Shown here piece after piece: positions 10,341 to 19,520 of a DNA stretch of 64,000 bases. Under the pieces are notes generated by a model. The model was not told where the DNA came from and ran no database searches. It saw nothing but the letters and a program-made list of their open reading frames with translations. Position 1 is the first letter of the stretch; the number at the start of each line of letters is the position of its first letter. Made by a program: the position numbers and the translations under genes. This DNA comes from Bacteroidales bacterium (GTDB lineage: Bacteria; Bacteroidota; Bacteroidia; Bacteroidales; JAGONC01): NCBI GenBank assembly GCA_023133655.1, contig JAGLWB010000328.1, positions 7,681 through 71,680 of the forward strand. Reading direction: 5' to 3'.

Positions 10341-12461
10341 TTAGTTTGATGCTAATATCAACGTAACTTCGTCGCCAGTTTCGATTTTTTTACCGGGGTT
10401 TATAGATTGTTTTTTAACATGGCCACAACCATGTATTTTTGTTCGTAATCCTAAATTCTCAAGTAAATACACTGCATTTTTTGCTCCCATTCCAACTACA
10501 TCAGGAATACAATGACGCGCAGGTGTGTGTTCGCAAAATGTAATTTTCCCATTATCTTTGTAAAGTGCCTCTCCCCAGTTAAACCTTCCGGAATTGCTTG
10601 TGTCGAGATCATAACCCAATGAAGAATAAATTATGAGCAGATCTTCTTTATACCCTGTTTTTATGTTTGGCAGGCTTCTTTTGTCGGTTTGAACGATTTC
10701 TTCCTGGTAAATATTCATCTGTGTTGCATATACTTTGTCAGCAATTTCTTTAAATACCGGGCCAGCTACCAGGCTTCCATAGTATATGCCCTTTGATGGC
10801 CTGTTAATAATTACAATGCATGAGTATTTTGGATTGTCAGCAGGAAAATACCCGACAAATGAAGCTTTGTAGTCTGTTTTGTTATACCCCTCATTTTTAT
10901 TGGCTAGTTGTGCTGTTCCTGTCTTACCGGCAATTTTGTAAACCGGATTCTTTAAATTTTTAGCAGTACCTTGTTCGACAACTCCTACGAGTAATTCTTT
11001 TGCCTTCTCGATGGTTTTGTTTGAACAGATGGATTTATTAATAACTTCTGTTTTGAATGTTTTTACAAGAACTCCCGATCTCATGATCTCTGTCACAAGC
11101 ATAGGTTTAACCATTATACCGTCATTTGCAACGGCATTATAGAAAGTCAGTAATTGAAGGGGAGTTAGGGCAACTTCATATCCTGTGGCCATCCATGGAA
11201 GGGAAAGATTTGACCACGAAGGGTGATCCGGAGTTTTAATATCGGGTTTCCCTTCCCCTTGTATTTCTATCCCCAGTGTGTTTTGTATGCCAAAACTGTA
11301 TAGTCTTTCGCAGAATTTTTCCGGGTTGTTTTTGTAAGCTTTTTCAATAATCCCGGAGATACCTACATTTGACGAGTGCTCAAAGGCGGTTTTCATCGTA
11401 ATGTTTCCATCACCGATCTTGTGTGAATCTCTCATGGTTCGACCATAATAGACAGTCCAGCCATCACCAGTATAAACCGAATCAGTAAGATCGATGAGCC
11501 CATCCTCCAATGCGGCCATCATTGAAACCAATTTGAATGTTGATCCGGGCTCTGAACTTTCACCAACAGCATAATTGTAAATTTCTTCATAAATACCGTT
11601 GTTGTTTTTTTTCAGGTTAGCAATAGCCTTGATATGACCGGTTTCAACTTCCATTAGAATGGCACAGCCATGGTGTGCATCATGTTCTTGCAATTGTTTT
11701 AGTAAAGCATTCTCGGCAACATCCTGAATGTTCATATCGATTGTGGTGATAATATCACAACCATTCTGAGGTTCAATCTCAAATTTTTCATTCACAGGAG
11801 CCCAAACCCCCTGAGCCATCTTCCTGACAAGTCGCATACCCCCGGTACCTCTTAAGTAATCGCTATACGCTCCTTCCAGGCCAACATAAGCGTTTGCATT
11901 TTGAGATTCATAACCGATAGTCCTGGCTGCCAGTAGGCTAAATGGCATTTCGCGTTTTGTTCGTGGGATAATGATCAAACCACCTTTGTATTTACCCAAC
12001 TTGAAAATAGGGAAGTGCTTTAAAGCATTAAGTTCGCTGTAAGTGACCCTACGCTTAATAAGGAAATAACGATCCGTTTTAGTTCGTGCCTGCGTTATAA
12101 TTTGTTTGTATTTTGTTTGAGATCTGTCTTTAAATAGATGCGATAGCCGGTATGCCAGAGAGTCAATATTGTCATAAAAAATTTTATCAGAGAGGTGAGG
12201 TGTTGCAGCATCCATCCTGATGTCGAAAAGTGGAATCGAGGTGGCAATTAAACTTCCGTCGCTTGCAAAAATATTCCCGCGAACAGCTTTAACCTGTTCG
12301 TACCTGACCCTTTGTTCGTTAGCAAAAGATTTCCATTCATCACCCTCATAAACCAAAACAAAGACTGCTTTACCAATTATGATGAAAGCAAAGGCCAAAA
12401 TACCCAGATAAACCAGGTAAACTCTCCAGAGAATGTCTTTCTTAATATTTTTTGCACTCAC
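10341..12461 (-). CDS. ftsI: Division-specific class B penicillin-binding protein (transpeptidase) with C-terminal PASTA-like domain
   Basis: 706 aa. N-terminal TM helix, transpeptidase motifs STFK (..PGSTFKLV..), SSN (..HSSNVG..) and KTGT (..AGKTGTAQ..). The C-terminal IPDVVGMGAKNAVYLLENLGL.. resembles PASTA. GTG start. Confidence 0.9.
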   Translation of the reverse strand: MSAKNIKKDILWRVYLVYLGILAFAFIIIGKAVFVLVYEGDEWKSFANEQRVRYEQVKAVRGNIFASDGSLIATSIPLFDIRMDAATPHLSDKIFYDNIDSLAYRLSHLFKDRSQTKYKQIITQARTKTDRYFLIKRRVTYSELNALKHFPIFKLGKYKGGLIIIPRTKREMPFSLLAARTIGYESQNANAYVGLEGAYSDYLRGTGGMRLVRKMAQGVWAPVNEKFEIEPQNGCDIITTIDMNIQDVAENALLKQLQEHDAHHGCAILMEVETGHIKAIANLKKNNNGIYEEIYNYAVGESSEPGSTFKLVSMMAALEDGLIDLTDSVYTGDGWTVYYGRTMRDSHKIGDGNITMKTAFEHSSNVGISGIIEKAYKNNPEKFCERLYSFGIQNTLGIEIQGEGKPDIKTPDHPSWSNLSLPWMATGYEVALTPLQLLTFYNAVANDGIMVKPMLVTEIMRSGVLVKTFKTEVINKSICSNKTIEKAKELLVGVVEQGTAKNLKNPVYKIAGKTGTAQLANKNEGYNKTDYKASFVGYFPADNPKYSCIVIINRPSKGIYYGSLVAGPVFKEIADKVYATQMNIYQEEIVQTDKRSLPNIKTGYKEDLLIIYSSLGYDLDTSNSGRFNWGEALYKDNGKITFCEHTPARHCIPDVVGMGAKNAVYLLENLGLRTKIHGCGHVKKQSINPGKKIETGDEVTLILASN

Positions 12462-12483
12462 AATTGATAATTCTTATTTATTC

Positions 12484-12867
12484 TTAGTCAGCTAATATCT
12501 TACATGGAGGTGTAGTTGATTCTTTGATGCCTGTTGGATATAATCTTTTTGCCACCTCTGATTGTTTGCTAATTGATGTTAATTCTGTTTCTGTAGTAAT
12601 AAATTCGTACCTTAACTCTTTTAATTCCTTCTTAATACGGTCGCTTTCAATAATGATCCTTTCAGCTTCATAGGAGTTAGCTATGTAAATGATGGCAAGC
12701 AACGTGAGATAAAGAAGGAATGGTAATAGACTGATAACCGTTTTTCTTGTGAGAAATGAACCATCAAAAATTGATTGAACCGTTTTTATTAATTGTTGAT
12801 CTGAAGAAGGTTTCTTTCCCACCTGAGATTGCTTTGTAGTTTTGTATCTGTTTTTTTTCACAGCCAT
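12484..12867 (-). CDS. FtsL-like small bitopic division protein
   Basis: Small ORF between rsmH and ftsI with a single TM helix (VISLLPFLLYLTLLAIIYI) followed by a coiled-coil-like segment. The ORF-track start (GTG, 12909) overlaps rsmH by 41 nt. The ATG at 12867 (MAVKKNRYK..) sits 1 nt after the rsmH stop and is reported here. Confidence 0.6.
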   Translation of the reverse strand: MAVKKNRYKTTKQSQVGKKPSSDQQLIKTVQSIFDGSFLTRKTVISLLPFLLYLTLLAIIYIANSYEAERIIIESDRIKKELKELRYEFITTETELTSISKQSEVAKRLYPTGIKESTTPPCKILAD

Positions 12868-12868
12868 T

Positions 12869-13765
12869 TTATATTTTTTCAGCAATTCGCATTTTGGCAC
12901 TTCTGGCACGTGGATTATCTATTATTTCATTTTTAGAAGGAATAATGGGCTTTTTACTTATTACCCGCAGGTCAACCATTGCTTTGCCAAAAAAATCTTT
13001 TTCAATAACTCCTTCAAAATTGCCGGACCTGAAGAAATTTTTTACCAGACGGTCTTCCAGCGAATGATAAGAGATGATAACAATCCGCCCCCCGGGTTTA
13101 AGTACCTGAATAGTTTGGCTTAACATTTCTTTCAGCGAAGCTAACTCCTGATTAACTTCAATGCGTAAGGCCTGGAAGACCCGGGCGAGGTATTTATTTT
13201 CTTTTTCTTTTGGCGCACATTTGATTATTACTTCTTTGAAATGGTTAATCGTTTCTATGAGCCTGCTGTTTCGTTCTTTTACAATAACCCCTGTTAATGC
13301 TTTGGCATTTTTTATCTCACCATATGTTGAAAATATCCTGGATAATTTATCTGCCGGGTACTGGTTTACGACAACCTGGGCGGTTAATTCTTTTTCCTTA
13401 TTCATCCGCAGGTCGAGATATTTTCCATTCCGTGTTGAGAACCCTCTTTCAGGGCAGTCAATTTGATGTGAAGAAACACCCAGGTCGGCCAGGATGCCAT
13501 CAACTGGCAACTCACCGTAATAGGAAAGGAAGTTCTTCAGGTATCTGAAGTTGTGATTTAAAAGAAGCAGTCGGTTATCCTCAATTCTGTTAGGAAGGGC
13601 ATCCTGGTCCTGATCAAATGCTATAAGTTTACCGTTTTTTAGTTTATTAAGTATCTCTCTGGAATGCCCACCACCGCCATAGGTGAGGTCAACATAACGG
13701 CCGTCAGGTTTTATGGAAAGCCCATCAATGCTTTCTTTAAGAAGAACAGGTGTGTGGTAACTCAT
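12869..13765 (-). CDS. rsmH: 16S rRNA (cytosine1402-N4)-methyltransferase
   Basis: 298 aa. YHTPVLL..., DLTYGGGGHS and ISYHSLEDR motifs of the RsmH/MraW family. Second gene of the dcw cluster. Confidence 0.95.
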   Translation of the reverse strand: MSYHTPVLLKESIDGLSIKPDGRYVDLTYGGGGHSREILNKLKNGKLIAFDQDQDALPNRIEDNRLLLLNHNFRYLKNFLSYYGELPVDGILADLGVSSHQIDCPERGFSTRNGKYLDLRMNKEKELTAQVVVNQYPADKLSRIFSTYGEIKNAKALTGVIVKERNSRLIETINHFKEVIIKCAPKEKENKYLARVFQALRIEVNQELASLKEMLSQTIQVLKPGGRIVIISYHSLEDRLVKNFFRSGNFEGVIEKDFFGKAMVDLRVISKKPIIPSKNEIIDNPRARSAKMRIAEKI

Positions 13766-13770
13766 TATTT

Positions 13771-14232
13771 CTACTGATCCAGTACGTCAATATTTCCCAT
13801 TACATCTTCAGCCAGTGTTGAAAAATCTTCTGGTTCGTCGGTTAACAGGTTGATGTAAGTTTCTTTATCCCATACCTCGATCCTGTTCGAATAAGCAAAC
13901 AACACGATAGTCTTGCTGATATCTGCATACCCTAACAGGTTTTTGGGAAGCAACAACCGGTTATTTCCATCCAGGTGCAGCTCGGTAGCACCTCTTTGAA
14001 AGTATCTCACAAAATCACGGTTCTTTTTAACATAAAGGTTGAGTTTGTTAATCTCCTCACTTATGTCTCTCCACTCATTCATTGGATACAACACCAGGCA
14101 TTTTTCAAACCCACGGTTTATGACAAACCTCTCCTCTGCTTCAGGAGGAATTTGCTTTTTCAGTAATGCTGGTACCATAATTCGACCCTTGGCATCTATC
14201 TTACATTCATATTCACCAAGAAGATTTGCCAT
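13771..14232 (-). CDS. mraZ: Transcriptional regulator MraZ
   Basis: 153 aa. Duplicated SpoVT/AbrB-like halves, with DAKGRIMVPA in the first half and DGNNRLLLPK in the second. First gene of the dcw cluster. Confidence 0.95.
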   Translation of the reverse strand: MANLLGEYECKIDAKGRIMVPALLKKQIPPEAEERFVINRGFEKCLVLYPMNEWRDISEEINKLNLYVKKNRDFVRYFQRGATELHLDGNNRLLLPKNLLGYADISKTIVLFAYSNRIEVWDKETYINLLTDEPEDFSTLAEDVMGNIDVLDQ

Positions 14233-14270
14233 AAACTTTTTGTTTGAAGGCGTAAATATAATAAATTATT

Positions 14271-14300
14271 TACCACATTTTACCACATTTTACCACTTTG
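14271..14300 (-). promoter_or_regulatory. Putative MraZ operator: three direct repeats with exact 10-bp phasing (GTGGTAAAAT GTGGTAAAAT GTGGTAAATA on the mraZ sense strand)
   Basis: Plus strand reads taccacattt taccacattt taccactttg. The repeats lie 39-68 nt upstream of the mraZ ATG (14232). They are immediately followed (14253-14260, sense TATATTTA) by a near match to the Bacteroidota -7 box TAnnTTTG. Confidence 0.55.
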
Positions 14301-14514
14301 TTAATAAAAAGTTTCATTTTCTTAATAAAAAAATCACTGGAATGTTTTAACTTACAGAGAATAAGGAGGTTAGGATAAACAGCCTGTTAATTATTTACAA
14401 CCCTCAAGGATTAAAAATCTAATGGCTTGATAATCAATTGTTTGTAATTATTTTTAACTTGATAATGATTAATTCGCTAAATTTGTAATTCCAAAAACTT
14501 CTTTTTTTGCATCC

Positions 14515-15387
14515 ATGACAGGTAACAAATCACATAATCAACCATCAGTTCCGATGAAGGAACCATTTATTGATCTGGGAAAAGTCATTGCTGGTAAGAA
14601 CCCACGGTTATTGAAAATTCTGCCTTGGTTTGTGATGAACTACCTTAAAAGAATTATTCATGTTGATTCGGTAAATGATTTTTTGGCCAGAAACCAGGAT
14701 CTCTTCGGTATTGATTTTGCAAATGCTGTTTTAAAGGAGATGGGAGCGAAAATTAAAGTATATGGCCTTGAAAATGTTCCTGCTACCGATCGTTTTATTG
14801 TAGCATCAAACCATCCGCTTGGTGGTTTGGATGGATTGGCCCTTATCAGTGTTATCGGAAGGGTAAGAAACGATGTAGTGTTTCCTGTGAATGACCTTCT
14901 CATGGCTTTACCCAATTTTAAAGGGCTATTTATTCCGATCAATAAGCATGGTAGAAATACTGAAAATATCAGAATTATGGAAAAATCATTTGCTTCTGAT
15001 ACCGCCATGTTGTATTTTCCTGCAGGGCTATGCTCCAGAAAGCAATCCGGGCATATCATTGATCTGGAATGGAAGAAAACTATTATTTCCAAAGCCCGGC
15101 AACACGAACGAAATGTTATTCCAGTGCATATTGACGGAAGAAATTCGGGTTTTTTCTATAATTTATCCAATTTTCGAAAAAAGCTTGGCATAAAAGCCAA
15201 TATTGAAATGTTTTTCCTCGTTAATGAAATGTATAAACAGAAAAACCAAACCTTGACATTTAGGATTGGGATGCCTATCCCTTTTAATACGTTTGATAAG
15301 CGATTTAGTGATAAAGACTGGGCATCTCTCGTTAAAAAGCATGTGTATCAGTTAAAAAATAATGAAAAGGAAGAATTCCATTATTAA
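14515..15387 (+). CDS. Lysolipid O-acyltransferase of the PlsC/LPLAT superfamily (OlsA/GlsA-like)
   Basis: 290 aa. SNHPLGGLDG resembles the HX4-5D acyltransferase catalytic box, and FPAGLCSRK resembles the second LPLAT block. Paired 24 nt upstream of an OlsB-like gene. Confidence 0.65.
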   Translation: MTGNKSHNQPSVPMKEPFIDLGKVIAGKNPRLLKILPWFVMNYLKRIIHVDSVNDFLARNQDLFGIDFANAVLKEMGAKIKVYGLENVPATDRFIVASNHPLGGLDGLALISVIGRVRNDVVFPVNDLLMALPNFKGLFIPINKHGRNTENIRIMEKSFASDTAMLYFPAGLCSRKQSGHIIDLEWKKTIISKARQHERNVIPVHIDGRNSGFFYNLSNFRKKLGIKANIEMFFLVNEMYKQKNQTLTFRIGMPIPFNTFDKRFSDKDWASLVKKHVYQLKNNEKEEFHY

Positions 15388-15410
15388 TATAATTACTTAA
15401 TTTTTTTATC

Positions 15411-16343
15411 ATGAAACCAATTATTCCTCTTGTTGACCCCGAGCTGATCGAATCAGAACTAACGGATGATAAATTTGTAAGAGATACCAATAATGGCGGG
15501 AAAAAGATATATATTATTACGCATCATGACTCGCCAAATACTATGAGGGAACTTGGACGATTGCGTGAGGTAAGCTTCAGGGACGCTGGTGGAGGAACTG
15601 GTAAAGAGGTTGATATTGATGAATATGATACAGCTTCCTTCCCATTTAAACAGTTGATTGTGTGGAGCCCTTTGGACAGAGAAATTGTTGGCGGTTACAG
15701 GTATAATGAAGGAGTTAACATTCCTACAGATGAACAGGGGAATTTAAAAAGCCCAACTTCCAGGTTGTTTAAGATATCCCAGGAGTTTGTTGATGAGTAC
15801 CTGCCCTATACAATTGAATTGGGAAGATCATTTGTGCAACCTGCTTTTCAACCAACCTTCAATATAAGAAAAGGAATTTATTCACTTGATAATCTATGGG
15901 ATGGCTTAGGAGCATTAACCATAGATAATCCGGATGTTCGGTATTTCTTTGGAAAAATTACGATGTATCCACGTTTCAATATTCTCGCTCGTGACATGAT
16001 TCTCTATTTTTTGCAAAAGTATTTTCCCGATTCTGATCAATTGGTTGTTCCTTGCAATCCGGTTCAACTTGTAACTGAAGAACAAGAACTTGAACACATC
16101 TTTTTCGGAAAAGATTACAATGAGGATTACAAGATTTTAATTAATAAGGTTCGGATGTTAAAAGAAAATATTCCTCCTCTTGTTAATGCCTATATGAACC
16201 TTTCCTCAACTATGCGGGTATTTGGAACAGCTATTAACGATCATTTTGGTAATGTTGAAGAAACCGGTATTCTCATAACTATCAAAGATATTTATGACAT
16301 AAAAAAGGATCGTCATGTTTCTTCATATAAAATGAAGAGCTAA
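15411..16343 (+). CDS. GNAT-fold 'hemolysin-like' N-acyltransferase (OlsB/GlsB-like aminoacyl-lipid synthase)
   Basis: 310 aa. The sequence pattern (..LGRLREVSFRDAGGGTGKE.D.DEYD.., ..IELGRSFVQP.FQ..) is the one I associate with OlsB-type N-acyltransferases, often annotated as putative hemolysin. Adjacent to the LPLAT gene. Confidence 0.6.
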   Translation: MKPIIPLVDPELIESELTDDKFVRDTNNGGKKIYIITHHDSPNTMRELGRLREVSFRDAGGGTGKEVDIDEYDTASFPFKQLIVWSPLDREIVGGYRYNEGVNIPTDEQGNLKSPTSRLFKISQEFVDEYLPYTIELGRSFVQPAFQPTFNIRKGIYSLDNLWDGLGALTIDNPDVRYFFGKITMYPRFNILARDMILYFLQKYFPDSDQLVVPCNPVQLVTEEQELEHIFFGKDYNEDYKILINKVRMLKENIPPLVNAYMNLSSTMRVFGTAINDHFGNVEETGILITIKDIYDIKKDRHVSSYKMKS

Positions 16344-16353
16344 TATTACTGGT

Positions 16354-16956
16354 ATGTTGATAAAGGATGCGATCTATGTGTTGAGCAGCCCTGATGTGGC
16401 CAAATGCCCAAAGCCGGTTTTGCCTGAATATGCTTTTATTGGCAGGTCGAATGTTGGTAAATCTTCATTAATAAATATGGTTACCGGAAGGAAACAACTT
16501 GCCAGAATATCTCGAACACCCGGGAAGACACAAACAATCAATCATTTTTTGGTCAATGATGAGTGGTACCTGGTGGATTTACCAGGTATGGGATTTGCGA
16601 AAATATCAAAAACAATAAGACAAAAATGGAAGAAAATGATACGTGATTATTTGCTTCTCAGACAGAACCTGTTAAATACTTTTTTCCTTGTCGATTCACG
16701 TATTGCACCTCAAGCAATCGATCTTGAATTTATCAACTGGCTGGGTGTTAATCAACTGCCATTTACTATCGTTTTTACAAAAACTGATAAATTAACAAAA
16801 ATCAGGTTGAACGATGCGCTTTCAAGGTATCGGATAGAATTACAAGGCACATGGGAAGAAATTCCCGCAATTATTGTTTCTTCAGCCAGGAACCGAAACG
16901 GTGGAAAAGAGATTATTGCACTAATTGAAGAATCAAACAAAATATTTGGTTCTTAA
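16354..16956 (+). CDS. engB: Ribosome biogenesis GTP-binding protein EngB/YihA/YsxC
   Basis: 200 aa. G1 GRSNVGKSSLIN, G3 DLPGMGFA and G4 TKTDK motifs in the EngB arrangement. Confidence 0.9.
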   Translation: MLIKDAIYVLSSPDVAKCPKPVLPEYAFIGRSNVGKSSLINMVTGRKQLARISRTPGKTQTINHFLVNDEWYLVDLPGMGFAKISKTIRQKWKKMIRDYLLLRQNLLNTFFLVDSRIAPQAIDLEFINWLGVNQLPFTIVFTKTDKLTKIRLNDALSRYRIELQGTWEEIPAIIVSSARNRNGGKEIIALIEESNKIFGS

Positions 16957-16968
16957 CCATTAACCTGT

Positions 16969-17295
16969 TTATTTGAATTCCAGTAGTAAATATTCTTTGG
17001 GAACTTGCTCTCCTGCTTTAACATGGATTTTTTTAATAATACCTTCTATAGGAGATAAGATATAGTTGTTCATCTTCATTGCCTCGAGTACTATCAATTT
17101 ATCTTGAATATTTACTTTGCTCCCTGCCTTAACATTTATTTTTTTTATCGACCCCGGAATAAATGAAAATACTTTTTTGGGGTCGTTTGGTTTATACGTT
17201 TTTCGGGAAAGGAATTTTTTTGTTAATCGCGTACGGTATTTAATGTTGTCGATGGTGATGGTCTTAAAATTATTTTTTGGGTTGGTATTATTCAT
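16969..17295 (-). CDS. Biotin carboxyl-carrier (biotinyl/lipoyl attachment) protein
   Basis: 108 aa. Biotinylation motif LEAMKMNN in a C-terminal hammerhead-type domain. Downstream of a carboxyltransferase gene. Confidence 0.8.
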   Translation of the reverse strand: MNNTNPKNNFKTITIDNIKYRTRLTKKFLSRKTYKPNDPKKVFSFIPGSIKKINVKAGSKVNIQDKLIVLEAMKMNNYILSPIEGIIKKIHVKAGEQVPKEYLLLEFK

Positions 17296-17372
17296 ATTCT
17301 CAGATTTTTAGAAATATTGTTTTTATCTTTTTTAGTAGATTAAAACTAAAAGTTAAACTTAAAAAATGAAAA

Positions 17373-18923
17373 TTAGAATGGAGGTATGCCATGTTTCTTC
17401 TCCGGTAAATACACTTTTTTATCAGATGAAACCTCCAGGGCATAGATAAGTTGTTTTCTGGTTTCACTTGGATCAATTACTGCATCGATATATCCGTATG
17501 CTGCAGCCACATATGGGTTTGCAAATTTTTCTTTGTATTCTTTGATTTTTTGTTTTCGGACTTCTTCCGGGTTTTCTGCATTTTTGATTTCATTCCGAAA
17601 GATAATATTGGCTGCACCTTCCGGTCCCATCACAGCTATTTCAGCAGTAGGCCAGGCGAAAACAAAATCCGCTTTCAGGTGGTGTGAGCACATGGCAATA
17701 TATCCTCCGCCATATGCTTTGCGAAGGATAACAGTAATTTTGGGTACTGTTGCCTCTGAATAAGCATATAATAATTTTGCCCCGTGCCTGATCACACCTG
17801 CATGTTCCTGGTCGACACCAGGCAGGTATCCTGGCAGATCGACAAGTGTAACCAATGGTATGTTGAATGCATCACAAAACCTGATAAATCGAGCCGCTTT
17901 ATCAGATGAGTCAACATCCAGAACACCGGCAAGAACAAGTGGTTGATTGCCCACAAAACCTACCGTTTCGCCACCTAGTCTGGCAAAACCTATAACGATA
18001 TTTTGTGCAAAAAGCTTTTGCACTTCCAGGAACTCAGAGTCGTCACAAATAGATTTAATAATCTCTCTGATATCATATGGTTGTCTGGGATTTGTCGGAA
18101 ATATCTCGTCAATTTTATATGTTCTGCTTCTTGGTGGTTTTTTGGGGAAGGATTTTGCTTTTCTTTCATTGTTCCATGGAATAAAGCTTACCAGTTGCTT
18201 GATTTGATCAAGGCATTCCTGTTCGCTTTCCGCGAAAAAATGGGCATTCCCGGATGTTTCAGCATGAACTCTGGCTCCTCCTAGATCCTCCATGGAAATT
18301 TCTTCGCCAATGGTTGTTTTGATTACCTCAGGACCGGTTATGAACATTTTTGAGATTTTATCGACTACAAAGACAAAGTCGGTAAGGGCAGGGGAATAAA
18401 CAGCTCCTCCGGCACAGGGTCCAAGAATAACCGAGATTTGAGGTATCAATCCGGAAGCCATTGTGTTACGATAAAAAATTTCCCCGTAACCAGCAAGTGA
18501 GTTAACCCCTTCCTGAATTCTGGCCCCTCCGGAATCGTTGATTCCGATTAAGGGTACTTTAAGATTCAGGGCATGGTCCATGATTTTGGTGATCTTTTTA
18601 GCATGCATCCACCCCAGCGATCCTCCTGCAACAGTAAAATCTTGTGCAAAAATACATGCCGGATAGCCGCTTATCGTTCCGGTTCCGGTTATTACACCAT
18701 CACCCGGAAGGTATTTCTTATCCATATCGAAATCCTTGCCAGCATGTTCTACAAAAAGATCGTATTCATGAAAGGATTTTGGGTCCAGCAGTGCGATGAT
18801 TCTTTCGCGGGCTGTCATTTTTCCGGTAGCTTTTTGCTTCTCGATGGCTTTAGTTCCACCACCCTTTAAAGCATATCGCATCCGCTTTTTTAGATCCGAA
18901 GTTTTCCTTCTCAAAGAAGTCAT
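17373..18923 (-). CDS. Acyl-CoA carboxyltransferase (methylmalonyl-CoA decarboxylase alpha / propionyl-CoA carboxylase beta family)
   Basis: 516 aa. Typical family blocks (..TARERI..LLD..SF.E.., ..AQDFTV.GGSLG.., ..SGGARIQEG.., ..LGPCAGGAVYSPALTDF.., ..AYGGGY.AM..). Confidence 0.9.
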   Translation of the reverse strand: MTSLRRKTSDLKKRMRYALKGGGTKAIEKQKATGKMTARERIIALLDPKSFHEYDLFVEHAGKDFDMDKKYLPGDGVITGTGTISGYPACIFAQDFTVAGGSLGWMHAKKITKIMDHALNLKVPLIGINDSGGARIQEGVNSLAGYGEIFYRNTMASGLIPQISVILGPCAGGAVYSPALTDFVFVVDKISKMFITGPEVIKTTIGEEISMEDLGGARVHAETSGNAHFFAESEQECLDQIKQLVSFIPWNNERKAKSFPKKPPRSRTYKIDEIFPTNPRQPYDIREIIKSICDDSEFLEVQKLFAQNIVIGFARLGGETVGFVGNQPLVLAGVLDVDSSDKAARFIRFCDAFNIPLVTLVDLPGYLPGVDQEHAGVIRHGAKLLYAYSEATVPKITVILRKAYGGGYIAMCSHHLKADFVFAWPTAEIAVMGPEGAANIIFRNEIKNAENPEEVRKQKIKEYKEKFANPYVAAAYGYIDAVIDPSETRKQLIYALEVSSDKKVYLPEKKHGIPPF

Positions 18924-19163
18924 ACTTGGTGTTTTGGTTTAAAGAAAACACTTTCGCAAGTATGCAAAATTAATGATTAATTTTATAGTTCCTATTAAAA
19001 TCCTTTTTCGGGTGTTTTTTTGATCTTATTAAGAATGGTAAGCAGCATTTCAACTAACAGAAAAACAAGATAATAGCTCTGAGTTGATGCATTTCTTCTT
19101 TATTCATTCTAAATAAGCATAAATGATTGTGCGTTTTTTAACTAATTTTGAAAAAAATGAAAT

Positions 19164-19520
19164 ATGAACATTGAAGAATTCCGAAATTATTGCCTGGCAA
19201 AAAATGGTGTGACTGAGAGTTTGCCTTTTGATAATGAAACGCTCGTTTTTAAAGTGATGAATAAAATGTTTGGCCTGACTAATATTCATGGCGATTTTAG
19301 TATAAATCTTAAGTGTGACACCGAAAAAGCCATTGAGCTTAGAGGCCTGTACCCCTCGGTGCTACCCGGGTATCATATGAATAAGAAACACTGGAATACG
19401 ATTATAATTGATGGATCTGTTAATGATGATTTGTTATTTGAGTGGATTGATGAATCGTACAACCTGGTTGTTGAAAACCTACCAGTGAAAGTAAGAAATG
19501 AACTTCGCAGGGGAGGCTAA
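19164..19520 (+). CDS. MmcQ/YjbR family protein
   Basis: 118 aa. Pattern ..FKVMNKMFG...LKCD.E.A.EL......PGYHMNKKHWNT.. matches my memory of the YjbR/MmcQ fold family. Confidence 0.7.
   Translation: MNIEEFRNYCLAKNGVTESLPFDNETLVFKVMNKMFGLTNIHGDFSINLKCDTEKAIELRGLYPSVLPGYHMNKKHWNTIIIDGSVNDDLLFEWIDESYNLVVENLPVKVRNELRRGG

Noticed and set aside
19104-19289. 61-aa minus-strand ORF overlapping the start of the YjbR-like gene.
   Set aside because: It is antisense to a motif-supported gene, short, and has no recognisable features.
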